A stretch of DNA of 64,000 nucleotides from Camelus ferus (lineage: Eukaryota), in contig NC_045697.1 of the NCBI RefSeq assembly GCF_009834535.1, positions 47,432,001 to 47,496,000 of the forward strand, given 5' to 3'. Shown here in pieces: positions 63,381-64,000 of this stretch. The first letter of the stretch is position 1. Every line of letters starts with the position of its first letter. The position numbers were made by a program, and so were the translations under genes. Below the pieces are notes generated by a model, which saw only the letters and a program-made list of their open reading frames with translations, searched no databases and was not told the origin of the DNA.

Positions 63381-64000
63381 CATCCCTCCCCTACTTGTTG
63401 ACTTGCAGTACAGAGCAAACGGTGGATAGAAAGCCACCATTAAGAAGCAAATCACACAGAACCCCACTTTTGCCTTTTGTCTCTCCTGACATCATTATCA
63501 CCTTCTTGGAGTTAATGATACTCTAATTAAGAACAAGCTCACCTGCTCCTATCCCTTATATTCTGCTCCATTTATGACCAGAATTTCAGACGGCTTTTCC
63601 AACCTTTCCAAATGTTCGTTGCAAACTCACTAACTATGCATATCTAGAAAAAATTTCCCCATAACACGAAGTACAACAGATTCTTCTACAATCCTCAGAG
63701 AAAGTTAGTATATAACTTAGCTTAGTATTTAAAATATGCTTCGCTTTCAACGGGATAGAATACTTCTTTTCGAGCCTTTGCGCTCTGGTGGGTAAATCAC
63801 ATTCAATCAATTTCTGAAAATATATGTTCAGTTGCCAATGGGCTTGCATTTTGATCTGCAGCTTATAATACGCATTTAATGGGAAGGAATCGCTCCTGGA
63901 ATCCTATTCTGGTCTGTCAAACATTTTCCAAGCCTTAGTGATCTATTGATTAAATCTGTATTCATCCATTTTTATGAATTTGTGTTTCATAAGATTCAAA

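Noticed and set aside
59416..64000. A further upstream FRAS1 exon
   Set aside because: I found no segment with FRAS1-like translation and splice sites; much of the region is old L1 and MIR.
1..64000. CRISPR arrays, tRNA/rRNA genes, prokaryotic operons or horizontally acquired systems
   Set aside because: I saw no repeat-spacer arrays, RNA-gene signatures or intronless gene clusters; everything recognised is typical mammalian exon, intron and repeat sequence.

Overview
Mammalian genomic DNA lying entirely inside one large minus-strand gene, FRAS1 (Fraser extracellular matrix complex subunit 1). I read 27 consecutive coding exons by hand from 59312 down to 1012. All are bounded by GT-AG, and their phases chain into one stop-free frame of 4957 nt (about 1652 codons). 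They encode the later CSPG/NG2-type repeats, all five Calx-beta domains and the start of the C-terminal unique ectodomain. From memory this is roughly human exons 39-65; the start and stop codons lie outside the window. Introns carry MIR, L2, old and younger L1 fragments (two with perfect target-site duplications), an ERV1-type solo LTR, MaLR LTRs, a Tigger1-derived MITE, MER20, MER5A and microsatellites. I saw no Alu, B1, Bov-tA/BovB, PRE-1, CHR or Can-SINE, and the L1 3' ends look cetartiodactyl, so a camelid genome is my inference. I found no evidence for a novel biological system. The best leads are regulatory or isoform-level: an intron read-through/intronic-polyadenylation short FRAS1 isoform, inverted L1 ends flanking two exons, a sense-oriented solo LTR with a poly(A) signal, and a p63-type site created by a tandem duplication. 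Repeat families were recognised by eye and their boundaries are approximate unless TSDs are given.
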